A DNA stretch of 64,000 bases from assembly GCA_963702005.1 (NCBI GenBank), contig OY969696.1, positions 2,240,001 to 2,304,000 of the forward strand, in the 5' to 3' direction. Of this stretch, positions 28,917 to 37,830 are shown piece by piece. A model generated the notes under the pieces. The model was not told where the DNA came from. It did no database searches and was given only the letters and a program-made list of their open reading frames with translations. The DNA comes from Candidatus Aminicenantes bacterium. Its GTDB lineage: Bacteria > Acidobacteriota > Aminicenantia > Aminicenantales > JAFGBC01. Every line of letters starts with the position of its first letter. Within the stretch, counting starts at the first letter, position 1. The translations under genes were made by a program, and so were the position numbers.

Positions 28917-30520
28917 TGGCCGCTCCCGTCGGGATCCTCGACGCCTTTCTCGCCCTTGCCGGCCTGTCCGTTGCGACCGGCCTGACCGCGCTCCTCCAGC
29001 GGCTGAGCGGCCGCGCCGGTTCGGACGGCCCGAGTCCCGCGAAGATCTTTCTCGGCCGGCTGGCCATGCCGATGTCGTTCCTGACCGTCGTCCTCCTCCT
29101 CAGGTTCGGCCCCTATCGTGAGGCGGTCAGCGCCGAGGCCCGGTTCGGGACCTATCTCGGGGCGGCTTTGGTTTTCTTCGCCGCGATTCTCTTTATTCAC
29201 TTCTGCGACGCCGTCGTCCTCGCCTGGTACGCCCGGAAAGGGCGGTCCTACCCGTTGCCGCGCGTCCTGCGCGGGTTTATCCTGGCCATCCTTTATATCG
29301 CGGTCTTCTTGTCCATCCTGAAAGGGGTCTTGGGGATCAACCTGACGCCCTTCCTGGCGACCTCGGCCGTCCTGACCATGATTCTCGGCCTCGCCCTTCA
29401 GGGCGTCCTGAGCAATATCCTGGCCGGGATGTCCCTTCATTTCACAAGGTCTTTTTCGCGGGGGGACTGGGTCAAGGTCGGCGACCAGGAGGGGATCGTG
29501 GTCGATACCAACTGGCGGGAAACGCGGCTCCTTGACCGACAATCCAACATCGTCGTTCTTCCCAACAACACGGTTGCCTCGGCGACGATCGTCAATTTCA
29601 GCCAGCCCGGCGCCAAGACGGCCCTCAGCCTTATGCTCAAGGTCAGCTTCCGGGCCCCGGCTGCCCTCGTCCAAGATTGTCTCCTGGCGGCGGCCCGCGA
29701 GGTCGACGGCGTCGTCGCCGAGCCCGCTCCCTTGGCCTACCTCCTAAGCTACGACGAGACGGGCGTTTCCTACCAGTTGAAGTTCTGGGTCGAGGATTAT
29801 GCCCGGAAGGATCCGATCACGACCGAAGTGGCCAAAAGAATCTGGTATAAGTTCCGGCGGCAGGGGATCGAGGTCCCGATCGCCCTGGACGACAAAGTCG
29901 CCGACGTCGTCCGCAACCTCCGCGCGGAGGACCGCCGTCAAAGCGATGAGGCGGACCGGCTTCGGAATTTCGCCGACCTGGTCCGCTCCTCCTTCCTGAG
30001 ACGGACCGAAGGGAGGGGCGCCGGCCGGCTCCTCGTCCCGGAGAGGGAGGTTCGGGAGCTGGCCGGACTCGTCCGGCGCAAGATTTACGGCCGGGGCGAG
30101 GTTTTATTCCGGCAGGGGGAAAGGGGAGAGAGCTGTTTCATCGTGGCCGAGGGCGGGATCCGCGGCGAGATCGAAACCGAGGAAAACGGGAAGCGCTACA
30201 AATCCGAATTCCGCGTTGAGCCGGGCGGCCTGTTCGGCGAGATGTCCCTCTTCACCGGGATGCCGCGTACGGCGTCCGGCGTTGTCGAAAAAGACACCGA
30301 GCTCATCGAGATCGGGGCCGAAGCCTTCGGCCGGCTCCTCAGCCGCAACCCTCGGCTCGCGGACGCGATTGCGGCCATAGTCAGCGAACGCAACCGCAAG
30401 AATCAGGAGACTCTAAGCAAGATCAAGGATCTCTCGGCCCAGGACATCGCGCGAAGCTGCAGCAAGAAGTCGATCCTGGAGCGGCTCAAGGGCCTCATCC
30501 GCCTGGTCAAACGATACTAA
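28916..30520 (+). CDS. MscS-family mechanosensitive channel with C-terminal cyclic-nucleotide-binding domain
   Basis: TM helices, GLALQGVLSNILAG, GDWVKVG, PNN; phosphate-binding cassette FGEMSLFTGMPRTAS; TGATG overlap with the upstream gene. Confidence 0.92.
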   Translation: MAAPVGILDAFLALAGLSVATGLTALLQRLSGRAGSDGPSPAKIFLGRLAMPMSFLTVVLLLRFGPYREAVSAEARFGTYLGAALVFFAAILFIHFCDAVVLAWYARKGRSYPLPRVLRGFILAILYIAVFLSILKGVLGINLTPFLATSAVLTMILGLALQGVLSNILAGMSLHFTRSFSRGDWVKVGDQEGIVVDTNWRETRLLDRQSNIVVLPNNTVASATIVNFSQPGAKTALSLMLKVSFRAPAALVQDCLLAAAREVDGVVAEPAPLAYLLSYDETGVSYQLKFWVEDYARKDPITTEVAKRIWYKFRRQGIEVPIALDDKVADVVRNLRAEDRRQSDEADRLRNFADLVRSSFLRRTEGRGAGRLLVPEREVRELAGLVRRKIYGRGEVLFRQGERGESCFIVAEGGIRGEIETEENGKRYKSEFRVEPGGLFGEMSLFTGMPRTASGVVEKDTELIEIGAEAFGRLLSRNPRLADAIAAIVSERNRKNQETLSKIKDLSAQDIARSCSKKSILERLKGLIRLVKRY

Positions 30521-30541
30521 TAGGAGGGCTTTTTAAGAAAT

Positions 30542-30597
30542 AATTCTGGGGACACACGACTTAATTCGGAAGAATTAAGTCGTGTGTCCCCAGAATT
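30542..30597. repeat. Family-A palindromic repeat (REP/REPIN-like), copy 1
   Basis: AATTCTGGGGACACACGACTTAATTC-GGAA-GAATTAAGTCGTGTGTCCCCAGAATT perfect hairpin. Confidence 0.9.
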
Positions 30598-30653
30598 TGA
30601 ATTATGGGTTTTTTTGCGTTATTATAAATTAAGTCCGGGAAATAGCGGCGAGT

Positions 30654-30731
30654 AGCCCTGTAGCTCAGTTTGGATAGAGCAAGGGATTCCTAATCCCTGT
30701 GTCGCCGGTTCGAGTCCGGCCAGGGCTACCA
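30654..30731 (+). tRNA. tRNA-Arg (anticodon CCT)
   Basis: Acceptor stem AGCCCTG/CAGGGCT, D arm GCTC...GAGC, anticodon loop TTCCTAA, GGTTCGAGTCC, encoded CCA. Confidence 0.96.
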
Positions 30732-30739
30732 TTTTCCTC

Positions 30740-31804
30740 ATGACAACAAGGGCAGGTCGCGGGATTTCAGCCGTTTCTCTCCTGGTTGCGGCATTCGGTT
30801 TAACCCTTCCGGCCTCTTCGCCCGCTCCGGAACGGACGGACCCTCGGCTGGCCGCGGTCAAGGACTTTTTCTACGTCCTCCAGATGGACAAAGTGAGCCT
30901 ATCCGCGCTGGCCAACACCCGGTTCGACCTCCTGGTTATGGATTACGCCCGCTTCGGGGATGAAGACAGCGAATTCACGCCGGCCCAGATCGCTTCGGTC
31001 AAGAAGGGCGGGACCTCGGGCTGCCCCAAGACCGTCCTGGCCTACATGAGCATCGGCGAAGCCGAAAACTACCGTTTCTACTGGAATGATTCCTGGAAGC
31101 CCGGCTCGCCCGCCTGGCTCGGCCCCGAGAACCCGGATTGGGAAGGGAACTTCAAGGTCCGCTACTGGATGGCTGGATGGCAGAGCTTGATCCTGGGGAC
31201 TTCCGGAGGCCCCAAAAAAAGTTACCTGGACCGGATCATAGACCAGGGTTTCGACGGCGTCTACCTGGACATCATCGACGCCTACCAGTACTGGTCGGAC
31301 GATGAAGGAGTGCGGGAGCGGACCCGAATCCAAGCCCGCCGGGACATGGCCGCGTTCGTAAAGCGGATCCGGTCCTACGCCCGGACCCGAAGGGGGAAAA
31401 AGGATTTTCTGGTCGTACCCCAAAACGCCGCCGATATCATTTGGGACGACAACGGCGTCCTCGATGCCGTCGGCAGCGATTATCTCACGTCCTGCGACGG
31501 AATCGGCCAGGAGGACCTCTGGTACAACGAAACGACCCCCCAGCCCGCGGACTCCGTCCGCTGGACTCTCAAGGCCCTGAAGACTTTCCGGTCCAAAGGG
31601 AAAAAGGTCCTGTCCATCGATTACATATGGGACCCGGCTCATGTTTTTGGCTCATCCAACGTCGTCCGTTTCAACGACTACTACGCCAAGGCACTGGCCC
31701 AGGCGTTCGTCCCCTATGCGGGGAACAAAAACAGGGCCCTCCGGGACATCGTCCTTGTCCGTGAAGAGAAGGGCTTTCTATACGCCCAGCCACGCGTCGA
31801 ATAG
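30740..31804 (+). CDS. Secreted endo-alpha-1,4-polygalactosaminidase-like glycoside hydrolase (TM1410/MJ1477, GH114/PelA-related)
   Basis: Signal peptide, LAYMSIGEAENYRFYW, ENPDWEGNFKVRYW, GFDGVYLDIIDAY, PQNA. Confidence 0.85.
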   Translation: MTTRAGRGISAVSLLVAAFGLTLPASSPAPERTDPRLAAVKDFFYVLQMDKVSLSALANTRFDLLVMDYARFGDEDSEFTPAQIASVKKGGTSGCPKTVLAYMSIGEAENYRFYWNDSWKPGSPAWLGPENPDWEGNFKVRYWMAGWQSLILGTSGGPKKSYLDRIIDQGFDGVYLDIIDAYQYWSDDEGVRERTRIQARRDMAAFVKRIRSYARTRRGKKDFLVVPQNAADIIWDDNGVLDAVGSDYLTSCDGIGQEDLWYNETTPQPADSVRWTLKALKTFRSKGKKVLSIDYIWDPAHVFGSSNVVRFNDYYAKALAQAFVPYAGNKNRALRDIVLVREEKGFLYAQPRVE

Positions 31805-31868
31805 CCTCTTTAATTTTGCCCGGGATTGTGCTTAAATAGGTCCCTGACCGCGGCCAGAGGAGACCGGC

Positions 31869-32525
31869 ATGAAGAAAGAAATCAAGAAGCAAATCAAAGA
31901 AGACGAATTCGTATCCATCGTCACCCACATCGTCCGGTTCTTCAAGACCCATCATAAAACGTTGGCGGCCGCCCTGGCCGGCGTTCTAGCCGTCATTCTC
32001 CTCGTCTTCGGCATCCGCTTCCTGCGGGCCCAGACTCTTCAGAGGCAGAGCCGCGTCGTGAGCGATCTCCTCAGTCTGAGGGCCGACCTGGACAAGGATC
32101 CCAAGAAGCTGGCCGATCTGGAGAAGAAAGCCGGCGACGGCAAGTTCGAGCGTTTCGGCTATATTCTCCTCGGGACCTATTGGATGGACAACGGGGACTT
32201 GGCCAAGGCGGAGGCGGCCTTCCGTAAGATCAAGGATCGTCCCAGGGACCTGACTTACTATCAGGCCCAGGATCTGCTCGGCCAGATCGCCTTCCTTCGC
32301 AAGGACTACGACGGCGCCGTCAAGATCTATGAGGCGGTCGAGAAGGACAGGCTCGGGGAATACGCCCTGGACGCGATCCTCTTCCACAAGGCCGAGGCCC
32401 TGGAAAAGAAAGGCGACAAGGCCGCCGCCCTGGCCCTTTACAAGAAACTCCAGGAGACCTACAGCCAGACCTACTTCGGCTACGATGCGTCTTTCAAGGT
32501 TCGAAAGCTCGAAGCCGGCGAATAG
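31869..32525 (+). CDS. YfgM-like membrane-anchored TPR protein
   Basis: KEDEF N-terminus, single TM helix, TPR-like helical repeats. Confidence 0.7.
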   Translation: MKKEIKKQIKEDEFVSIVTHIVRFFKTHHKTLAAALAGVLAVILLVFGIRFLRAQTLQRQSRVVSDLLSLRADLDKDPKKLADLEKKAGDGKFERFGYILLGTYWMDNGDLAKAEAAFRKIKDRPRDLTYYQAQDLLGQIAFLRKDYDGAVKIYEAVEKDRLGEYALDAILFHKAEALEKKGDKAAALALYKKLQETYSQTYFGYDASFKVRKLEAGE

Positions 32526-32594
32526 CCGCCGGCCTTGGTGACGGCCCGGAAAACGGGTATAATACAAACTCACACTAAGCGAGGAGGTTCTTCA

Positions 32595-32840
32595 ATGGCA
32601 TTCGTGATCACCGAAGAATGCATCAACTGCGGCGCCTGCGAGCCCGAGTGCCCCAATCAGGCTATCTCGGCCGGGGATGAGCGCTATGTCATCGACCCCG
32701 CCAAGTGCACCCAGTGCGTCGGCCATTTCGACGAGCCCCAGTGCGCGGCCGTCTGCCCCGTGGACTCCTGCAAGCCCGACCCGGAACATCCCGAGTCCCG
32801 GGAAGCGCTGATGGCAAAGTACAACAAGCTCCACGGATAA
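32595..32840 (+). CDS. 2x[4Fe-4S] ferredoxin (YfhL family)
   Basis: [12 protein letters not shown] and [18 protein letters not shown]; RBS GAGGAGG before ATG 32595. Confidence 0.95.
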   Translation: MAFVITEECINCGACEPECPNQAISAGDERYVIDPAKCTQCVGHFDEPQCAAVCPVDSCKPDPEHPESREALMAKYNKLHG

Positions 32841-32862
32841 GCCGGCCACCGAAATAGTATGT

Positions 32863-32897
32863 AAATAGGAGTGAGACCTTTCACTCCTATTTTTTTT
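32863..32897 (+). terminator. Intrinsic terminator after the ferredoxin gene
   Basis: Stem AATAGGAGTGA/TCACTCCTATT followed by a T tract. Confidence 0.8.
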
Positions 32898-32904
32898 ATC
32901 GGCC

Positions 32905-33852
32905 ATGGACGGCCTCAGAACCTTCTTCGACAAGCCGCGGGTCTGGCTCAACGGGCTCCTGTTCGGCCTGACCGCCGTCTCAACCTTTGCGGTCGGGCTC
33001 GGCTGGAGCCTGAGCTACGTCCATGCCGACGCCTTGGCCGCCGATACGCCGCCGGCATTGACCGCCCAAGCCTTGCGCGATCCCCGCGTCCTCGGCCTGA
33101 GCGCCTTCTATGTCCTCGTCCTCCTCGCCATCCTGCTCGCCCATGAATTCGGCCATTACCTGACCTGCCGCCGCTACGGAATCAGCGCGACCCTGCCGTT
33201 TTTCATCCCGGCGCCCAGCCTGATCGGGACGATGGGGGCTTTCATCCGGATCCGGTCGCCGATCACGAGGCGGCAGCAGCTTTTCGACATCGGAGCGGCC
33301 GGCCCCCTGGCCGGCTTTATCCTGGCCCTGCCCGCTCTCGTCTGGGGATTGGCCCATTCCCGGGTCGTTTCGGCCATTCCCCCCGGCGGAGCGATCGTCT
33401 TCGGGGAGCCGCTCCTCCTCAAGGCGATCGGGTCCGTCCTATTCAGAGGAATCGGGCCGGACAAAGATATCATCCTCCATCCCGTCGCCTTCGCGGGCTG
33501 GGTCGGGATCCTGGTCACGGCCCTCAACTTGATCCCTCTCGGACAGCTCGACGGCGGCCACATCATCTATGCCGTCTTCGGGCCCCGGGCCCGCCGGATC
33601 TCGGTTTTTTTCTTGGCCGCCTTCGTGGTCATGTCCGTTTTATTCTGGGTCGGTTGGATCGTATGGGCCCTGCTCATTCTCGTCCTGGGATTGCAACATC
33701 CGAAGCTCATGGAGGAGGAATCCCGGCTTTCGGCGTCGCGTAAAGCCTTCGCTATCATCATCCTCGTCATCTTCATCCTATCTTTCATCCCCGACCCGGT
33801 CAAAGGCTACGACCTCATCACACTTCTCAGGCAAATCGGGCTTAGAATATGA
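32905..33852 (+). CDS. Site-2 protease (M50) family protein
   Basis: HEFGH, FDIGAAGPLAG, NLIPLGQLDGGH. Confidence 0.92.
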   Translation: MDGLRTFFDKPRVWLNGLLFGLTAVSTFAVGLGWSLSYVHADALAADTPPALTAQALRDPRVLGLSAFYVLVLLAILLAHEFGHYLTCRRYGISATLPFFIPAPSLIGTMGAFIRIRSPITRRQQLFDIGAAGPLAGFILALPALVWGLAHSRVVSAIPPGGAIVFGEPLLLKAIGSVLFRGIGPDKDIILHPVAFAGWVGILVTALNLIPLGQLDGGHIIYAVFGPRARRISVFFLAAFVVMSVLFWVGWIVWALLILVLGLQHPKLMEEESRLSASRKAFAIIILVIFILSFIPDPVKGYDLITLLRQIGLRI

Positions 33853-33882
33853 TATATTCGGATGAGGACAGCGTTGCCGCAG

Positions 33883-34043
33883 TTATTCACAGAAGTTGTG
33901 GAAAACTTGTGGAAAAACAGCCCGGGATTCGCGGCAAGCTCCGAGGATTATTGAAGATATGACGATCTGCACAAGAAGTTGTTCATGGTTGCTAAGTCAT
34001 TTAAAATGAATAAATTAATATCTGTTTAGGTATCAAGAATTTA
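33883..34043. promoter_or_regulatory. Cluster of DnaA-box-like motifs, AT-rich tract and IHF consensus site (candidate oriC or DnaA-binding locus)
   Basis: TTATTCACA 33883-33891; TGTGGAAAA 33897-33905 and 33908-33916; AT-rich 33990-34050; TATCAAGAATTTA 34031-34043 matches WATCAANNNNTTR. Confidence 0.5.
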
Positions 34044-34091
34044 CATGTAACCTACGGGATTTGAAGGAGATAAATTCCGAGAGACGCGCCC

Positions 34092-34865
34092 ATGGACAAG
34101 TTCAAAGAGGTCGAGGATAAGCTTCAGGGCCTCAAGGACCGCCTCCGCCGCCGCGAGATCAGCCAGACCGAGTTCGTCGAAGCTCTGAAGAAACTCCGTC
34201 TCACCGATCAGGAGGGCCGGTTCTGGACCATCGGCGTCAAAACCGGCAAGTGGTATTTCTATAACGGCGCGAAGTGGGTCGAATCCGAGTCGCCCGCCTT
34301 CTCGGAGAAAAGGGCCATCTGCATCTATTGCGGCTTCGAGAACAGTCTTGAAGCGGAATCCTGCGTGCGCTGCGGCGTAGGAATGGGGGAAGCCGATGCC
34401 TTTTGCCCCGCCTGCGGGTTCCGTCTCGACGAGACCTCGGGACTCTGCCCGCGCTGTTCGAGCCAGCCCCTGGAGCGATTCGCGGAACCGGGGCCTTTTA
34501 CGGCCGAGTCCGCGGATGAGGGCGGAACGACCGTCGTCTTCCGGTCCCTATCCCCGGTTTCTTTCCTTCTCTATGCCGGGGTTCTGGGCCTTTTCCTGGG
34601 CATTCTACTCGGCGCGCTGACCGGCGCTACGGCGTCCTTTCCCGATTTCGTCGGCCGCCTGCCCCAATTCTTCATAGACATCCAGGGCAAGATGGTCGGG
34701 ACCTTGATTTATGCCGTGCTGGGGGCCTTCCTCGGGTTCATCGTCGCCGGGATCGTAGGATTTACGACAGCCGTCCTCCTCAACCTGACGTCTTATTTCA
34801 TCGGCGGGTTCAGGATCCGGCTGGCCCCGGTCAAAGGGAAGCCCGGGCGCGGCCGCGGGGCTTGA
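34092..34865 (+). CDS. Double zinc-ribbon membrane protein of unknown function
   Basis: Trp-rich N-terminal domain, four CxxC pairs, two C-terminal TM helices. Confidence 0.7.
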   Translation: MDKFKEVEDKLQGLKDRLRRREISQTEFVEALKKLRLTDQEGRFWTIGVKTGKWYFYNGAKWVESESPAFSEKRAICIYCGFENSLEAESCVRCGVGMGEADAFCPACGFRLDETSGLCPRCSSQPLERFAEPGPFTAESADEGGTTVVFRSLSPVSFLLYAGVLGLFLGILLGALTGATASFPDFVGRLPQFFIDIQGKMVGTLIYAVLGAFLGFIVAGIVGFTTAVLLNLTSYFIGGFRIRLAPVKGKPGRGRGA

Positions 34866-37170
34866 GTTTTCCCGATTTTCCCAACGTAGCCAGGGCATAG
34901 GCCGCCTGTCCCAGCGATAGCGATTCATCGTTGGGAGAATAGTGGACCGAACGCAGGACCTGGAATCCCTTTCGCTCAAGCCCGGCCCTCGTCCTGTCAA
35001 GAAGCTTCCGGTTGAGGAAGACCCCCCCCGCCAATGAGACGACGTCTATCCCGTAAGCCCGGCGGACGCGCTCGGCGGTCTGTACAATAACTCGGGCCAA
35101 GGTGTTATGGAATTTGGAAGCCATGATTTCGACCGGCGTCTTCCGTTCGAGTTCATCAAGAATCTGCCGGAAGAGGGGGGCGAACGAGATCGTCCATGGC
35201 TCCGAGGCGCCGCTCATTGAGAAATCGTAGCGGGTCCTGGTCGGAGAAACGGCCCGGGCTTCGAGCCGCTGGGGAGCCTCGGCCTCATACTCGACCCGGG
35301 CGGGCGCGAGGCCGACCAGGAACGAGACGGCGTCGAAGAGCCGTCCGCAGCTTGAAGTCCTTAGGAAGGGCTTGCCGAGAGAAAGAAGCTTGGCCAGCCG
35401 GTCGATCCGATCCGCTTTGACTTGGGCAAAGGCGCGCGGCAGGCGCTTCCCGATCACCCCGGAGCGATGAAGGTGGGCGAGGGCCATCCGCCAAGGCTCG
35501 CGCGCGGCCAAGTCGCCGCCGGGGAGCGGGACGTACTCGAAATGGGCCAGCCTCCGGTAGGAGCGGTAATCAATGAGCAGGAATTCGCCGCCCCAAGCCT
35601 GGCCGTCGTCGCCGTAGCCGTAGCCGTCAAGGGCGATCCCCAGGGCTCGGCCCTCGAGGTCGACCCGATGTTCGAGGAGCGGGGCCAGGACATGGGCGAA
35701 ATGATGCTGAACCTGGAGATGGGGAATCGCCAGCGAGCGGGCGAAGCGCGTCGTCCGAAAGTCGGGATGAAGGTCGGAGACGACGACATCGGGTTCGATG
35801 GCGAAAAGCCTCTTGAGGTGGGCCAGGGTCTCTTTGAAATAGCCGTAGTTTCGATAGTCGTCGAGGTCGCCCAGGAACTGGCTCGTGACGACGCGTCCGT
35901 TTTTATAGAGCGACACTGTGTCCTTGAGCTCGCCCCCCAAGGCCAGCACTTGGGCGGAACGGGTCAGGCTGTCCGGGACCCGCTGGGGGTAGGGCACATA
36001 GCCCCGGGCGCGCCGGAAAAACAGCGGACCGTCGGCCGCCAGCTTGAGGACCGAATCGTCCGACCTGGTCTCAATGGGCCTGTTGTGATCCAGAATTCGA
36101 TCCGCGAGCCGGCCGACCCCTTCTGAGGCGTCCTTCATGATCGGGGCGTCCTTGGGATTCGAGCTCGTGGCGACGACGAAGGGGATATCGCGGAGAAGGA
36201 GATAGTGGAGGGGCGTAGAGGGCAGCATAATGCCGAGCTCGTCCAGGCCGGGCGCGATCGCCGCGATATCCTTTTTCTTGCGAAGGAGCACGATCGGCCT
36301 TTGGGGTGAGGCCAAGGCCTCCCGCTCGGCCGGTCTCAGGACGGCGTACCGTTCGACGACCGCGAGGTCGGCGGCCATCAGGGCGAGGGGCTTCCGTTGC
36401 CGGGCTTTAATCTTTCTTAGGCGGGCGACGGCGGCCCCGTTCAAGGCGTCGCACATCAGATGAAAGCCGCCCAGTCCCTTGACGGCCAGGACGCGGCCTT
36501 TTTTGAGCCAGGCGGAGGCCGCCTCGATCCCGCCGGCGAGGTCTCTCCCGGCGGCGTCGCGGAGAGTCACTCGCGGTCCGCAGACAGGGCAGGCGATTGG
36601 TTGGGCGTGGTATCTACGGTCGAGCGGGTCCCGGTACTCGCGACGGCAGTCCCCGCACATCCGGAAGGCGGCCATGGTCGTTGCGGGCCGGTCGTAAGGC
36701 AGGGACTTGACGATCGTGTAGCGGGGCCCGCAATCCGTGCAGTTGGCGAAGGGGTAGAGGTGCCTGCGGTCTCCCGGCTTCAGGACTTCCGACAGGCAGG
36801 CGTCGCAGACGGAGATATCGGGAGAGATGAAGACGAACTTCGCGCCGCCGGCCGAGGGTTTGATGCTGAAATCGGCCGGGCCGGCGGGCCGGACCCGGCG
36901 GACGGACACATCTTCGATAAGGGCCAGCGGCGGGAGCTCCTTATGCAGCCGCTCCAGGAATTCGCGGACGGCTGAAGCCCGGCCGCCCTCCAGGTGGATC
37001 TCGACCCCCCGGCCCAGGTTCTTGACCCAACCCTTGAGCCCGAGGCCGACGGCCAGCCTGTAGACGAACGGTCTGAATCCCACGCCCTGGACGACGCCCC
37101 TGGCAAGAGCCCGAACCGCGGACGTTCGGCCGGCCGACGCCGGCCTCGGCCTCGCGTCCTCAGCTCCCAT
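34831..37170 (-). CDS. hypF: Carbamoyltransferase HypF
   Basis: GVVQGVGFRPFVY acylphosphatase domain, two Zn fingers (CTDCGPRY, QPIACPVCGP), KGLGGFHL, QHHFAH, TSSCGRLFDA; start uncertain. Confidence 0.96.
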   Translation of the reverse strand: MGAEDARPRPASAGRTSAVRALARGVVQGVGFRPFVYRLAVGLGLKGWVKNLGRGVEIHLEGGRASAVREFLERLHKELPPLALIEDVSVRRVRPAGPADFSIKPSAGGAKFVFISPDISVCDACLSEVLKPGDRRHLYPFANCTDCGPRYTIVKSLPYDRPATTMAAFRMCGDCRREYRDPLDRRYHAQPIACPVCGPRVTLRDAAGRDLAGGIEAASAWLKKGRVLAVKGLGGFHLMCDALNGAAVARLRKIKARQRKPLALMAADLAVVERYAVLRPAEREALASPQRPIVLLRKKKDIAAIAPGLDELGIMLPSTPLHYLLLRDIPFVVATSSNPKDAPIMKDASEGVGRLADRILDHNRPIETRSDDSVLKLAADGPLFFRRARGYVPYPQRVPDSLTRSAQVLALGGELKDTVSLYKNGRVVTSQFLGDLDDYRNYGYFKETLAHLKRLFAIEPDVVVSDLHPDFRTTRFARSLAIPHLQVQHHFAHVLAPLLEHRVDLEGRALGIALDGYGYGDDGQAWGGEFLLIDYRSYRRLAHFEYVPLPGGDLAAREPWRMALAHLHRSGVIGKRLPRAFAQVKADRIDRLAKLLSLGKPFLRTSSCGRLFDAVSFLVGLAPARVEYEAEAPQRLEARAVSPTRTRYDFSMSGASEPWTISFAPLFRQILDELERKTPVEIMASKFHNTLARVIVQTAERVRRAYGIDVVSLAGGVFLNRKLLDRTRAGLERKGFQVLRSVHYSPNDESLSLGQAAYALATLGKSGKLKPRGRARASL

Positions 37171-37723
37171 GGGTTTCGCTCCTACGGCTGAAAAGACATC
37201 CGCAGTAATCTTGACGGTAGAGGCCATGGGCCCGGCTTAGTTCGACGCTCTTCTTGAAGCCGTCCTTCTTTTTAAAATTCGCCTCTAGGAACGGAACCCC
37301 GTGGCGACGGCCCAACATCGTCCCCATCCGGTTCAGGGCTTCGGCCTTTTTCCGGGGGCTGACGCTCATGATGGTCGTGAACAGGTCGAAGCCGTCCCGG
37401 GCGGCCGTCTCGGCCGTCCGTTTGAGCCTCATGGCGTAGCAGATGAGGCAGCGACGCCCCATCTCGGGTTCTTTCCGGAACTTGGCGGTCAGCTCCAGCC
37501 AGCGCTCTTCGTCGGGAGGCTCCTCGATGAGCTTGAAGCCGAGCGTCCGGGCGACCTTGCTCAACTCCTCGAGTCTCAGGAGGTATTCTTCGCGCGGCTG
37601 GATGTTGGGATTGTAGAAAAAGCCCGTAACCCGGTACTCCGCCTGAAGCAGTCCCACGACATAGAGGGAATCGGGCGCGCAACAGAGGTGGGCCAGGATC
37701 CTCGGCTTTTCCACGCCCCCCAT
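37160..37723 (-). CDS. queH: Epoxyqueuosine reductase QueH
   Basis: HLCCAPDS, FYNPNIQP, RRCLICY, YRQDYCGC. Confidence 0.93.
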   Translation of the reverse strand: MGGVEKPRILAHLCCAPDSLYVVGLLQAEYRVTGFFYNPNIQPREEYLLRLEELSKVARTLGFKLIEEPPDEERWLELTAKFRKEPEMGRRCLICYAMRLKRTAETAARDGFDLFTTIMSVSPRKKAEALNRMGTMLGRRHGVPFLEANFKKKDGFKKSVELSRAHGLYRQDYCGCLFSRRSETHGS

Positions 37724-37730
37724 TTTACCG

Positions 37731-37830
37731 GAATTCGGGGGACACATCACTTATTTCACGAATTGTTCTAAGTAATAAGATGAGGGTCCGGCGCGGGGCA
37801 GGGGAATTAAGTCGTGTGTCCCCTGAATTC
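37731..37830. repeat. Family-A repeat, copy 2 (degenerate left arm, 48-nt spacer)
   Basis: GAATTCGGGGGACACATCACTTATTT ... AATTAAGTCGTGTGTCCCCTGAATTC. Confidence 0.8.

Noticed and set aside
30700-30740. Prophage or island attachment site at tRNA-Arg
   Set aside because: No integrase nearby, and I saw no duplicate of the tRNA 3' end in the window
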